Assembly: GCA_002633005.1 (NCBI GenBank)
Contig: NMRA01000322.1
Span: 434,001 to 498,000 of the forward strand
Direction of reading: 5' to 3'
DNA length: 64,000 nucleotides
Source of the DNA: Phoronis australis
Lineage: Eukaryota; Animalia; Phoronida
The first letter of the stretch is position 1. Each line of letters begins with the position of its first letter. The notes below the pieces were generated by a model. It was not told the DNA's origin and searched no databases. It saw nothing but the letters and a program-made list of their open reading frames with translations. Of the stretch, positions 37,349 through 50,507 are shown piece after piece. The position numbers and the translations under genes were made by a program.

Positions 37349-38136
37349 TTTTTATGGGCCCACATAGCTATGTGTTGAAGTTTTTTTATCTTCAAGACCC
37401 TTTGATGTATGTTCATGAAATTTTGCGCTTGTGCTCCTTTCATAGATGTGAGGGCATGAGCGAACTTTCAGAAAATTTTGACTACCTGTGTGACCCCTAG
37501 TGGCAATTTTAGTTTTTTACGTTTTTTATAAAATTTGGCATATAGGTATCTATTAGTGTGATGATGCTATCCTCTTGTTTTCAGATGGATTCGAGGTATT
37601 TTGCGCCACCTAGTGGTCATTTTTGTTGTTTTCGAGTCTGTTTTTTGACGTCCACCCCTCTATCAGCCAAACCATCCTGAGGACAATTTTGAAATTTGGG
37701 GTATATGTTCTCAGTGTGAAAAAGACTGTTGACAATGATGACTTTGACTACTGTGGCACCTCCTAGTGGTAGTTTCGTTTCGTGCCCATAGCTGTATCTT
37801 CTAATCCGCTGCAGGATTCTTTTTAAATTTTGTAAGTGTATTTATGTGGAGTTAGATGACGACGACTTTCAAGCAGATCTCATGAATGCTGTGCCCTCTG
37901 GTGGCAATTTCATTTTTCCCGTTTTCCTTTGTTTCTCTGAAGTTCCTTGTCAGATTTTTATGAAATTTGGTATAAGTCTCACTTAAAGAAACTATGATAT
38001 GCTCAATTTTTGAATGGATTTGATGTATTTTTCTCCATCTAGAGGCCGTTTTTATGATACAAATAAATTAACCCTAGAAGCACGCCATTTGCGGTGCATT
38101 CGTGGGTGCATTTGAATGATCCACGTTGCTCTAGTT
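37349..38136 (+). mobile_element. Helentron-associated (HINE-like) element with five ~140-bp units
   Basis: Starts tttttatgggccc; ends with a short hairpin and gttgctctagtt. Units are the reverse complement of those in 22920-23930. Confidence 0.65.
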
Positions 38137-38175
38137 ACTGATACTTATTCAAGTGTGTAAATCTTTTCATTGCAG

Positions 38176-38224
38176 ACTTTCGGACTTGGATGAAGAATAC
38201 AATGATGGCTGTATAACTGAAAAG
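38176..38224 (+). CDS. DNMT1: DNMT1 exon 2 (DMAP1-binding domain)
   Basis: ttgcag|(R)LSDLDEEYNDGCITEK|gtgaga fits the L..L..E...G.ITEKGY motif. Confidence 0.9.
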
Positions 38225-41032
38225 GTGAGAAATATGTTTTATTCGTAGCCGCCACCAGGGGATTATCCACAATTTCAAAAGTGGGAGTCCAAGTTTACCA
38301 AAATATTGACTAAACGCAGGATTTCATGTGAGCGTTGGTGGTCCGACCATCTCTGTGGACGCGATGACATGAAGTGGTGTATTCGCATATGTAATAACAT
38401 AGGACTGTGAAATGAAAATAAAAGTGTCATTGATAAAACAGAGACCATTTGTTTATTCAATAACTTTAAATGGAAGTCTGTGTTTGAAACAATGAAACAT
38501 TTTACTAAAAAAAGGATGTGGCGAACATATTGGAGATGCCAATGTCCACTAAGTCCAAAAACTGTAACATACAGGTAAAGATTTCAGCAGCAATCTCGTG
38601 TCTTTTATGCAACACACATTCTGAATAAAAGCAAGTCACACTTTTATTATACATGTTCCTGACAGTCGAGCCCATGTTTCTGTTAATCTCATGTCTTGCA
38701 CAGCATTCGTAGTCAATAGTATAGCCTTGTAATGCTGGTGTGAATTTGACGTCAAAAAGTCAGCAAAAAGTCCAAAACTCTACATGACAAAAATTCTTGC
38801 AGAAATTGCACAAGTCCACAACTTAGTCTGGACTTGAATATCTAATTAGGTAGAGTAAACAAACAGATTCACATGCGTTTCCATTTACGTGGACGGGAGA
38901 ACAGGTTGAAACCAATTTTTGTAAAGATATTGACTTTACTGTAAAATGTTACCAACATTGTCGCAAATCTATTCTTCCTGTTAAAAACCAAATATTCTCA
39001 AGTTTGAAGCAAATTGTAAAAATGCCGATGTTGGATGTTGTCGGCAAAAATTCGGTTCTTTAATTGAAAGGTTGGCCGTTCATTGCACAGGTATTTGCGT
39101 TTTGTTCACTGACCATGTTATCGCCACGATACGGATCTGTAGCTGGATTATTTGTCGTACCAGCATCTGAGGCAACGTCTGTATGTGGAACGTCTCTCAG
39201 TTTTAAAATAATCTTAGAGTCTTTTAGGCTCTTGTACGGTAGACAACATGACTAAGTACGTAGAATGTTCATGCCAGCCATGACGGAAACCTCAAACTAC
39301 ACTGCTTGTGCAAATTCCCGCAATACCCCTCCCCCCGCTGTTGCAAGCGTCGGGCGCTACAGACACGACTTGCCAATTTTTCACAGGTTGTAATCATAAA
39401 TATTGGATCACCTCATAAAACCCTTATAAAGCCAATGAGCTGAGCTCAAATTCGATTGGCCAATGGCAATGAGAAATGCACAAGCAACAACCAATAAAAG
39501 GCGTTGAAAGCATTTCCATTCACAGGTATGTCAGACTGACAGTAACTTCGACCTGTGTCTCAGGATACCCAGAATATTGAATAATGCACTAAAAAGCAAT
39601 TTACACTGACAGTAAATTTCTTATTTATAAAATGACTGATGGTCTATTCATTTCAGAGACATCTGACCAGCCGACAATATTGAGTTACTGGTCACCATTT
39701 CAAGCAGCTTTTTAAAATTTTCCCTCGTCTTTTTTAATTCTGGCCATCTCTTCGAACCTGTCCAAATTAGCATTCTAGTGGTCCAAAAGATGGTCGCTGC
39801 GTACACCCCTTGCTTGCAGCTCATTGGCCTGAATTTGATAACTTAGCATTCACTATCATATGTTACACCGATTTCTCAACAAGGCAGTTTACGTTTTGTT
39901 TATATTTTGCCAATGAATTTTGGTGACTTAGACCTGATTCACAGCAAGAAAATCAAGTAAAATTGGGGAATATATTGATGGCAAAATATCTCAGGAAGGA
40001 AGTTTTAGCTTTCTGTTTGTGTTTTCTTTTGACATTCGTAACTTTACGCATATTTAGTTGCAAATGTTCAGTTATTCTTATGCTAATGTCTTTGTTGCAT
40101 CTCAGTGCGCCTTTGTTATGTGGGCATGCGGGCACGACTGTGTCTGACACTTCGCTAGCGACAGGCTTAGGAGAAGGATGTTTCCTTCCTTTGCCTTCAT
40201 GAAAATTGATCGTTATCATGTGTAACTGAACTGAAACGTATTCCTGATGAGATGATCATGAAATACACATTATGATGTTCAGTGGAGACTTGCTCTGTTA
40301 CATTTCATTTCGTATATTTTGAACCAGGCCACAAATACCATTTTCCATCGCTGTATTCGTTGATTTTGTGAGGAATGACACTGTAATATTCCTGTGTTAC
40401 GGTTCAGTCGTCAACCATCTTCACAGTTACAAAATAAACCCAAAGAAAAAATAATATGTATCGAAACGCATTAGAGAGACGACGACTTGGCAATTTCGGA
40501 TGAGTTCAATATATTCTGCGCCAGGAAATGGCCATTTCAATGATACAATAAACCAGTGCTGTTTACTAGTGGGAGAATTTCAACGTGCTATGTTACTGTT
40601 GACATACGTCTTGTGGAATAATAGTCCATGCATTGTTACTGAACTAAATACAGCTCACTATCATGATTTTGTATTGTTTACTGAAAAAATTTATGGTTTA
40701 TAATGCCCCTCAAATTTCATTTAGATTTACGGTATGTGAATTAAGCGTTATTTTGTGTTATTCTGATGCACTTTGAATGGAAGCAAAACACATTCAAAAT
40801 AATTAGTTTAGTAAGCTACTGGTTTTCTTAAATTTGGTGTATTATTTTCTTGATATCCTCAAAATTTTTGTGTTTCAATTTAAAATTTTGAGAAATTGTT
40901 ACCTCGGGCATAATGAGAGCTCCCACATAAAATGTCCATGACTCATAATTTATGCCTCTGACCTCATATGTGTCTGCAGTTGGTACAGAGACACTCCTGT
41001 GTGCAGGCATAATTATCCCTTGATATTTTCAG

Positions 41033-41140
41033 GGTTACTTGAAGAAAAAGCTGAAGCTCATACAGAATGTAGTGTCTGAGGATATCAAAGCTAAGGTCTC
41101 CTCACTCGAAGATGATTTGAAGGCAGAAATTGTTACTGAG
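41033..41140 (+). CDS. DNMT1: DNMT1 exon 3
   Basis: ttttcag|GYLKKKLKLIQNVVSEDIKAKVSSLEDDLKAEIVTE|gtaggt. Confidence 0.92.
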
Positions 41141-41164
41141 GTAGGTGATGAGGTTGTTGGCTAA

Positions 41165-42652
41165 ACACACCCAATCTTGTACATAACATGTTCAGAAATT
41201 GCAAACTCCGGATGATTAACGGATGTGATAATGTAGGAACAAACTAAGTCAATTCAGTGGCATAGTGGGTGATAATGCAACTGCTGCTAAATTCCGTAGC
41301 TTTGTATCGAACAAGGTTGTCATGACATTGTGTCCAGACGTGAGAGAATCTGTGAAATTTGCAATATGGTAATAAATGTCAGGATGAGGTACATTTCATT
41401 TGTTAATGCCCTGTTCGCTAGACCTTCAACGCAAATTTTGTACCTAAGTTACACCAAGCTGTTAACATAGGTTATGAGAATTTTGTGTATTTCCAAAACA
41501 AGGATCCCAGTGTGTAAATAGGGCTTGCAAACATATTGAAAGTGGTGTCCGTTATTCACTAATAAAGACTATTATTACAATAAAATTCAATTTTAGTTTA
41601 GTTTAGTTTTGTTGTTGATCCTAAACATTCCCTAAATGACAGCCACAAGTCCTATTCTATTCTATAACCCATTGTATGGTTTTGCACTATCGTGCTTACT
41701 CGTATGGTAATCGTCTCTGACACCATTTTGGGAGACTTGACAGACAATTGAATTTTTTCTGGTAAGACAAAAATTATACAGTTAGACGAACTTACCTTAA
41801 GTGAAGGATGACTGTAATTTTATGTATCCCCAGAATTCCCCCAGAGTGCTAACATGAGATACGGACATGCGCAAAGCGAACCATTCTTTAAAGCTCTTCT
41901 GTGATCAAGAGAGTGCTAACAGGGTGGGATGTGGAGGGCATGTTAGCACTCTGGGGGAATTCTGGGGATACATAAAATTACAGTCATCCTTCACTTAAGG
42001 TAAGTTCGTCTAACTGTATAATTTTNACACACCCAATCTTGTACATAACATGTTCAGAAATTGCAAACTCAGGATGATTAACGGATTTGATAATGTAGGA
42101 ACAAACTAAGTCAATTCAGTGGCATAGTGGGTGATCAATGTAACTGCTGCTAAATTCCGTAGCTTTGTATCGAACAAGGTTGTCATGACATTGTGTCCAG
42201 ACATGAGAGAATCTGTGAAATTTGCAATGGTAATAAATGTCGGGATGAGGTACATTTCATTTGTTAATGCCCTGTTCTCTGGACCTTCAACGCAAATTTT
42301 GTGCCTAAGTTACACCAAGCTGTTAACATAGGTTATGAGAATTTTGTGTATTTCCAAAACAAGGATCCCAGTGTGTAAATAGGGCTTGCAAACATATTGA
42401 GAGTGGTGTCCGTTATTCACTAATAAAGACTATTATTACAATAAAATTCAATTTTAGTTTAGTTTAGTTTTGTTTAGTTGTTGATCCTAAACATTCCCTA
42501 AATGACAGCCACAAGTCCTATTCTATTCTATTCTATTCTATAACCCATTGTATTGTTTTGCACTGTCGTGCTTACTCGTATGGTAATCGTCTCTGACACC
42601 ATTTTGGGAGACTTGACAGACAATTGAATTTTTTCTCGTAAGACAAAAATTA
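41165..42652. repeat. Local ~610-bp duplication (41165-41776 vs 42027-42652) across the single-N join at 42026; probable haplotype redundancy
   Basis: The copies are near-identical, differing by SNPs and small (GTTTA)/(TTCTA) indels. The second copy starts immediately after the N. Confidence 0.85.
41779..42016. mobile_element. Tc1/mariner-type MITE with ~80-bp perfect TIR and TA flanks
   Basis: TA|CAGTTAGACGAACTTACCTTAAGTGAAGG...CCTTCACTTAAGGTAAGTTCGTCTAACTG|TA. Absent at the equivalent site (~42651) of the duplicate copy. Confidence 0.85.
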
Positions 42653-43444
42653 TGTAGCACCAAATTATTGATTTTCATACCATGAAAAAGTGGCACTTTT
42701 GGCAACTATTTCTTCCAAAATCTGAGAGAACTTTTCAAGTGAATAACTGATGTTTTATCCTTTAACTATGAAATAGGACTCCTCTTGGTTGCAAGACTTG
42801 TATTATGAGAATGTTGATCCTGTTAGTTGTCCAATGAAAATCAACTTGGTGAGGTTTAAATACGCATCAAGTTAATCACCTACCCGATTTCCTTGGCTGC
42901 GTTGTGCCTGTGTGGAAGTAGATGGCAATTTAACAGCACGTTTTTATAGGAAATGGATGCCATATATCATACTTGTGAGTTTTTATAATGTCACAGCTAT
43001 TTTTCAGAGATAGTCATAAATAAGTCTGGCTTCCCTCTAAGTCAGTGTTGGTAATTTGCTTGTTAAAGTTACACACAGCGCAGTAAGAATGGAAGCGTGG
43101 ATTGATCATTATGATTTTCATTGAAAATTTATACAAAGTTTGTTTGGTTAATGACATTTTGTTGTCTTAAATTAACATTGTTCAAACATTTTCTTGAAGG
43201 TCATTTGTTTCTCACACTCTGCTTAAGATACTTCTAATCAGAGATCGGTGTTGCTAAGCAAAATGACTTCTATGCCAGTTGTTGCATTTGTTGCCTTGGC
43301 ATCTTATTAAATTCTCTGACTCGGCATTGTTTGTGATCAACGTATGTAACAAAGACAAAAATGATGCGACACAATCTCATTACTAAAGGTGAAAAGGAGA
43401 CGGAGGTTGGCGAAATAAGAGAATAAGAATGAAAAGAAATTTGT

Positions 43445-43642
43445 ATGTGCTAACTGTGAAATGATACCAAAGCTAGTTTACAGTGAAACGACACGTGAGG
43501 GTATGATAAAAGATCATATATATTATGATAAACTAAACTACTACAGATATCGACAATACAAAATTTATATAATATGTTGCGCTTTAAACTTAAGGTGGGT
43601 GACAGTGTGCCACAGATGCAGCAGAAGGATGCATCCGCCCAC
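43445..43642 (+). repeat. Single 'A' unit of the A-B-A repeat family (see 47620-48336)
   Basis: gctaactg.gaa..gataccaaagctagtttacagtgaaac...aaactaaactactacagatatcg...aaggtgggtgaca. Confidence 0.75.
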
Positions 43643-43959
43643 AGTTAATAATGATCTAGAAAGATGGGCAATAGAGGGATGAGAAACTGCAAAATGTTAA
43701 CGGAGGTAATGGGAGGGTAAAATTGAAGAAAGATTGGATTGTCATAAAGAAATTGCTCTACAACCTGTTCACAAAGTTAACAAAGAAGATTTTCTTAAAT
43801 GAATGTGACAATCATCAGTATGTGAGAACTAAGAGCTGAACAAACTCACGACATATGATCAGATTTTGACCAATAAGGAGGCTGGAAATAAGGATCACGT
43901 AGCCCAAGATAAAGAATTTAGTAGACCGTTCTGAACTGAAGTACACTTTACCCTTACAG

Positions 43960-44133
43960 AAAGGTTACTTCAAGCAGCTAGGTGTGTTGTTGGAATCTGC
44001 TCTTGGTTCATGCATTGATGAGGCACCAGGGAAGTTCTCAGAAGTTACTGCAATTAAGACTGAACCAGATCAGGATTCTGCTGTTGAGACTGTTCAAGGA
44101 AGCAATGGGGGAAGCCATGCTGAAGTTATGGAG
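43960..44133 (+). CDS. DNMT1: DNMT1 exon 4
   Basis: cttacag|KGYFKQLGVLLESALGSCIDEAPGKFSEVTAIKTEPDQDSAVETVQGSNGGSHAEVME|gtctgt supplies the second TEKGY repeat. Confidence 0.88.
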
Positions 44134-44771
44134 GTCTGTGTTAATTGTCAGCTATATTTAGGAAGGTGTTCCCTTGGACTAGAATATGTATGATCTTCAA
44201 GAAAAACTGGGCCTGGCATCAGAAAGCAGAAAATGAAATCAATGCGTTGTTTCAAATTGTGAATAGTGTTATGTTATTCACTGCTTGCACACTTTCGTGG
44301 CTCTGCAAATAGGGATTGTTGTGCCATCGTGAAGGCACGCATATTCCAAACATGCAGAACCATTGGTAGTTTGGACACAACACCTGGCTTTCAAGTATAA
44401 TGGCGAAATTGTGCAAGTAGTGAATAAGCGTTACATTTAGTGTTTTACATAATACATATGCATTAGTTGAAAATTGAACATGATCATTTTTTGTTTTTAA
44501 AGGAGATCACCGAAGACGTTAACTTTTCCTCACAAGAGTTGCGTGTGTATTTGAGTGCTGAGCGCAGCTTGTTTTGAATGTTTTTCATCGGGGAATGGCT
44601 TTGATATTCGGCCCCAAAATTGAGTCATCAAGGGCCCTGCCAGAAGCTATGGAACATTTGTTTCCCTTTGGCTGTATAATAGTTGTTGGCAGCTTTGGAC
44701 ACTGGACTAAAATTCAGTTGAATTACTGAACAAATATCTGACTAACTGCCTATGTGCACCATCCATTTCAG

Positions 44772-44868
44772 GTTGAAGAGCAAGGCTCTGACAGTGGGAA
44801 TACTGCTGAGGGAGAAAAACAGAAGAAAGACAAAAAAAGAGGCAGTAGGGGAAAGTCGCCAGAGGACG
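44772..44868 (+). CDS. DNMT1: DNMT1 exon 5
   Basis: tttcag|VEEQGSDSGNTAEGEKQKKDKKRGSRGKSPED|gtgaga; phases 0-1 fit both neighbours; basic NLS-like stretch. Confidence 0.85.
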
Positions 44869-45156
44869 GTGAGAATACTTAAATCAACTAAGGAATATTT
44901 TGATTGAGACCACTTACCATTATGAGATTCAGTGTTTAAAGCCTAACTATGAAGTTTAAGGCAGTGGTATTATGGGAGTGTTGTCAACAGCAAATTTCAG
45001 CCAAGTCCTGAAGATGAAGTTACTGTGTTCTATGTTGTTGGTTAAATTCTTGCGAATAATTAGATGATATGAAGTTATTTCGATAATATTCAGACTGTAG
45101 TGATAGCTAGACTGAAAAATGTGTTGTTTTCATGAATTGAGTACCAATTTTTGCAG

Positions 45157-45238
45157 AATCGCCTAGTAAGAAAACAAAACACAGGAAAGAATTGTCAGAC
45201 GCGAGCCAGCCCAGTATTTTGAGCATGTTCAAGAAGGC
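45157..45238 (+). CDS. DNMT1: DNMT1 exon 6 (PCNA-interacting PIP box)
   Basis: ttgcag|(E)SPSKKTKHRKELSDASQPSILSMFKK(A)|gtgagt. QPSILSMF fits the DNMT1 PIP box (human QTTITSHF). Confidence 0.92.
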
Positions 45239-46099
45239 GTGAGTATTGTGGTTATCTCATTGGTTAACACCAACACAGGCCTTTTGTCAGCTCTGAATTT
45301 TACGATAGATCACAGCATGTCAGAATTCTAAATTGAAAGGAGTTAACCAATGATTTCATGTTATGTTCACATGTATCAGATACTTTGTTCTCACGCATCA
45401 GATACTATGTTCACATGCGCCAGATAGAGAATTATTGTGTGAAGACTCCTTAGGTTCACTCAGAGTTGCCCAGCAGTTACACCCTTGTCCCATTTCAGTG
45501 CTTGCATGCTTCATGATTACTTATGAGAATGCCCTACAATCTATGACGTACATTGGCAGCTGTGGCAAGTGTCTCGCAAAAATAACCAATGAAGGGGATT
45601 TACTGCGATCGGCTAATTAGCATATACTCATGAAGTAGTTATTAGTATTTCTATCGCGTAATGGACAGTATTTTGTTTTTGGTGCAACAATGGTGATTGC
45701 AGGTACTTCAAGTATGATTGGCGTATTGATTACATCATACAAAGCTTGGCAGCAGCCAGGTTGACAATGTTAGCTACCCATTCCTAAATTTAACCATTCT
45801 TGGCGAAGATTGTGGACGTGCAGCCAGTTTTGTCAGTATTGTGCTTGAACATTGTTGCAGTCACAGTAGCCACCACTTTTTAGACTTGTAACGAGTAAGC
45901 GGGAATGATGTTTTCAATTCATTGATAAAGATGAGAACACCCAAAAAATTTGTTTGCTGTTTGCATGAGTTGTCAAGTATCAAGATGTTACAAGATAGTA
46001 AACTCCATGTAACAATAACATAACGGTTGTTCTTAGTGTGGAGAAATGCATAACAATTTATGAAGTGTCGTATCATCATCATTAGGTTTCGTTATCTAG

Positions 46100-46207
46100 G
46101 TCAAAGCGTAAGCCCGTTGATGCCAGTGGAGACTCGAATGATGATGTGATGCATGAAGACAAAAAGGCGAAAACAGATAGTGAAGAGGATTTGGATTCCA
46201 GTGACAG
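46100..46207 (+). CDS. DNMT1: DNMT1 exon 7 (last DNMT1 exon recognisable in the window)
   Basis: atctag|(A)SKRKPVDASGDSNDDVMHEDKKAKTDSEEDLDSSD|gtaagc; phase 2-2, open; KRK follows the PIP box as in DNMT1. Confidence 0.85.
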
Positions 46208-46251
46208 GTAAGCTTTTTTATTATTGTACGTTCTAACTTTTATTGTGCTGT

Positions 46252-46417
46252 ACAGGGGCGTATTCAGGATATTGAGTTGGGGAGGGGGGTGGCAGGGCAG
46301 GGCAGAGTATTAGCCAGGATTTTGCCCTTCCGATATTGGCAGCCCTGAACTGCCAAATCTGGGTGAATTTTAGGGGGGGGGGGGCATGGCCGCCTTGGCC
46401 CTCCCTAAATCCGCCAC
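46252..46417 (+). mobile_element. Short hAT-like MITE (same family as 4448-4610)
   Basis: caggggcgtattcagg...ggcagggcagagtattagcc...ccctaaatccgccact. Confidence 0.6.
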
Positions 46418-46731
46418 TACTTTAAGTTCAGCTTGAGATGCATGGCTTTGTGTAGCTGCACGTTTTCTGAATGAATCATTCATGACCAAAGGAAATTACT
46501 GATCATTATCTGTTGTTGCAAAACACCCTATCAGAAATATGTGTGCCAAATTTGGTGCTTGTATAATAATTTGAACGATTTTTCACTGATGATATCTGCT
46601 TTCCTCTATTGCTTTTTTTCTCTGCTCTTCCGAGTCCACAAATGAACGACACGATTTTAGTAACGATTGATATATTTGTGATTATTTGCTTAAACTGCCC
46701 ATTGAAAACTGTGTGGCACTGAATTTTGTTA

Positions 46732-47549
46732 GGGCTGTTCCAGCAAAATCTGTATGGGAGGGGGGGGAAGGCACTTTTATTTCATACCCACCGCCCGTAT
46801 TTTTCGTTTATTTCTCCAACCCATGACCCATAATTTTTTAATTATTTTTAATAGGTTAAAATATAAAATCCAACACTTGCAAACAAATTGCCTCCAGGAG
46901 GACCTGTTAAGAACTTATATGACTGACAGACAAGAACTAGTTGTCTTGTCCAATATTGTCAAAAACTGAAGTAGCCTGTGAGCAATACTTTTGGCAGCCA
47001 CCAGGTGTCTCTGTTCACCATGTGTCTATAATTTCAATGAACATTTTTTCATTTATAAGGATCTATGAATCTCAAACTGTCTCCACAAACTCTTCTATAC
47101 TTCTATGTCAAGTGAATATTGGAACTTGTTTATCTTACTCCTCATACTTTTTATTTAAAAATCATCAATTTTCTTATATGTGTTAACACCAGTTCAGTGT
47201 TGCATAACTTTTCAATTCAATAGGACTGCAGACAAACAGTTGGCTCAAATTGAGTTGCCCATGACTTGATTAATGGCTTAGTGAACATATTGCACTCTGT
47301 TCACGGGCAATATGGGCTTTTTTGTATTTGGATAAGTTAGGACAATTGCATTTATTATTGAGTTTTTAGGGCTGAAGTAACCAACCTATCGACATTAACA
47401 GGTCAAAAAATACCACCCATTTTTAATGCATCACTTCTTACAGGAACTACCACCCATAATTTGAGTTTTTTTCTGAAGACCACCACCCATGAATTTTTAT
47501 TTCTACTGCCGTCCCCCCCCCTCCCACACGGATTTTACTGGAACAGCCC
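46732..47549. mobile_element. PIF/Harbinger- or Zator-type MITE, TTA TSD
   Basis: tta|GGGCTGTTCCAGCAAAATC...GATTTTACTGGAACAGCCC|tta. Confidence 0.85.
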
Positions 47550-47619
47550 TTACGATTTTACAGTTACTTAACTTTTGGTAGCCTAGTCCATATTAAAAAA
47601 ACTCTGTTGTTAATGTATA

Positions 47620-48336
47620 TTTATATGCGCTAACTGCGAAGCGATACCAAAGCTAGTTTACAGTGAAACAACACGTGTAGATGAGATAAAAGGTCATATA
47701 TATCATGACAAACTAAACTACTACAGATATCGGTAATTACAAAAGTTATATAATATATTGAACTGTAAAGGTGGGTGACAATCTGCCAATCTGCCAAGCA
47801 ACGAAGGTATACATAAGTGGTGAATAGGAAGTTAAGTAATAATATGCGGAAGCATAACAGCAACACCAAACAGCGACATGGGGAAGGTAAGGATAAACAG
47901 GGAAGTTAGGAAAATTGGTTTGAGCGAGGGAGGGAAAGAGAAATTGAGTGAAAACTGAAATTTGTAGAGAATTGTGGACGATCGCCCAGTGTTGCGACAA
48001 GACAAAGAGATCACGTGGTACAATTAAATCAATAATCGTAGAACAAAGAGGGTCACTGACCCGAGAATCCAAACAATATGATAATGAGGATGAAGCAGTA
48101 TAGCTTACATAAATTAATTTATTACTTAAGTAATTTTTATATGCGCTAACTGAGAAGCAATACCGAAGCTAGTTTACAGTGAAACAACACGTGTAGAAGA
48201 GACAAAAGGTCATATATATATTATGACAAACTATACTACTACAGATATCGGTAATTACAAAAGTTATATAATATGTTGAGCTGTAAAGGTGGGTGACAAT
48301 CTGCCACAGATGCAGCAGAAAGATGCATTCGCCCAC
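47620..48336 (+). repeat. A-B-A direct-repeat element (~170-bp A, ~340-bp B)
   Basis: A at ~47620-47787 and again from ~48137; second copy of the whole unit at 55640-56216. Confidence 0.8.
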
Positions 48337-49114
48337 CCTTATTTCAAGAGTTTTTCTCGTATTATTCTGCTGTTGTCCTGTGCAGTTGTCTTGTCAGTTG
48401 CAATGCAAATTCAGAATCCATCCTTAATGTAGAAAATAATGATAATGACATACAAGCAAACACCAACTGGGGCTTTCAGGAATGCCTTTTTACCAAGCTA
48501 ACTTGGCGAAGGAGCAGTTATTTCGTTTTTTCTTCCCCTTCCCCCATGCATTTTAGTGACAACGTCCGTAAACCCGCGGTGAGAAATAATAATCTGGATC
48601 AGACTGTGACGTTATTCGTGCGTACAAGTTTGACGAGTGCACCTCGCAAATATTAGGCCTATTCTGTTGCCAGGTATCATCGCATTAATGTTCAAACAAT
48701 AGAATAGCGTTCAGATATGCTGGGGAGCGGGGGGAGGGGGGGATTATTCAGTAAATAACCCGTGAATACACTAAATGTTCGTGTTAATAAATCAGTATGG
48801 GTATTTTCAGTGTGCGGCAGGGTGAATGGAACTTGTGCGGTTATAATTGCTGTTTACTTAACTCAAACTATGCTGTATGCAATGTGTGTGCTGCCTTTTA
48901 CCAAAGCTGTTTTGTCAACCTTTGCAACCCTGAAGAAATCACAAGACGTCAATGAGAATACAACACACTTTTATTTTACAAAAACTACAAGAAACATTAT
49001 TGACAATACCACCGCACTTAAAACTTACAATAGGAAAACTTACTCAACAAAAAGGTCAACACGCTTTTCTTGCTCGTATACAGTCCAGAATTAATATTTT
49101 GCAGACCAATAATT

Positions 49115-49303
49115 TTAATCGTGCTCAGGGAAACCCTCTGACTCTTCGGAGTCCGATCCCTCTTCGTCAAAGACTAAGTCAACAGTCTCTTGGCCCATAT
49201 TGGCTTCGCAGTCGGCAATGTTGAAATCGTCGGCTAGCTGACTATTCAGCAGGTCGTCTTCACTGCCATCTAACGCATTGCTAATTCCACACACCTTAAA
49301 ACT
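49115..49303 (-). mobile_element. pogo/Tigger-family transposase C-terminal remnant (element roughly 48720-49960)
   Basis: SFKVCGISNALDGSEDDLL...DEEGSDSEESEGF matches the pogo C-terminal SFKKCGISNALDGSEDD plus acidic tail. aagcgccc subterminal motifs at ~49875-49940. Confidence 0.8.
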
Positions 49304-50507
49304 AGTACATGGTGGTATTACGAACCTGAAGTGTTTGACATGTATTTTCAGACGGAGCACGTTATTGTGCCAGATTTTTCTCCTGGGTTGACTGAAATTT
49401 GAATTGACCAATTAATCAAATCCCTCTCTCGTTGTAATTTCAGGCGTAGAGCACTTGAGGTGGTTTATCTCCTGGGTTAACCCAAATTTGAATTGAGCAG
49501 TTATTCAGGTCCCCATCTCGTATAATTGCAACCTGCTTGTGTTGGCCGGAAATGAATTGGTCCGTGTTTTGAATGCAGGCAGTGAAATGTAGTCCCCATT
49601 AACTGACGTGAAAATATAGTACTTACTGATACAGTAAGTAAGTGGACTGCCATTTAAGCTTCATAAAGCTCCATGCTATGATATTTTGCAGCATGCTAAT
49701 ATATTTGAAAACAACGTTCTCGTGAAGTCACCCTTTCATAGTCAAAATCCTGTTTCTGTTTGAGCCGTGAGAAACTTTGTGGTTGTCGGGCTCCGCTGAT
49801 TAACCGAACTCACAAGATACATGCCTGAATGAGCACCCAGTGCACTTGCCCAGTTTGGCTGAAACTTCGACGTAAGCGCCCACCTTTTGGGTAATCGCCC
49901 ACCCCCGATTTTTGGCCAATTGTTCATTTAAAGCGCCACCCCCTTTCTCTGGGTATCCTAATTTAAGGGACAAGGGCATTAACCCGTGTGTTTATGGTAT
50001 TTTAATACATTTTCAGGATGCAAACTTCCCCCGATATTGTGTTTAAATATCGTACATGATTTAACTGAATGTTGCATATCTGAGCAGATTTCTTGCGCAC
50101 GCATGTGGCCGTTTATATTTCTGTATGACATTCAATGGAATGTTTGGCAGTGTCACAATGAACTTAATATATGCTGTGTTGTTATCACCACCTCAGGCAG
50201 TTTAGGTAACATATAAAAACAGCTGCGTTTCCTGTCACACTCAAGACTTATCCTAATGCAACGTGCCCTACTTTAACTGTAGTGTCCACACACATACACC
50301 TGATAAGTAGCCGATGATAGGTGATGTGAATATGATGCGAAAAAGACGAAAAGTACATATGTAACAATGCAAGCGCAGAGCTGATAGTTATGTCCATATG
50401 TGGAAGGTTTGAGGCGACACAGTATAATTTCTTGTTGATTCGTAGTATGTTTTTTTTTTAACACAGTGCAAGCACTTTTAACTGTAACTCAATTGTCAGC
50501 TTCTTCA

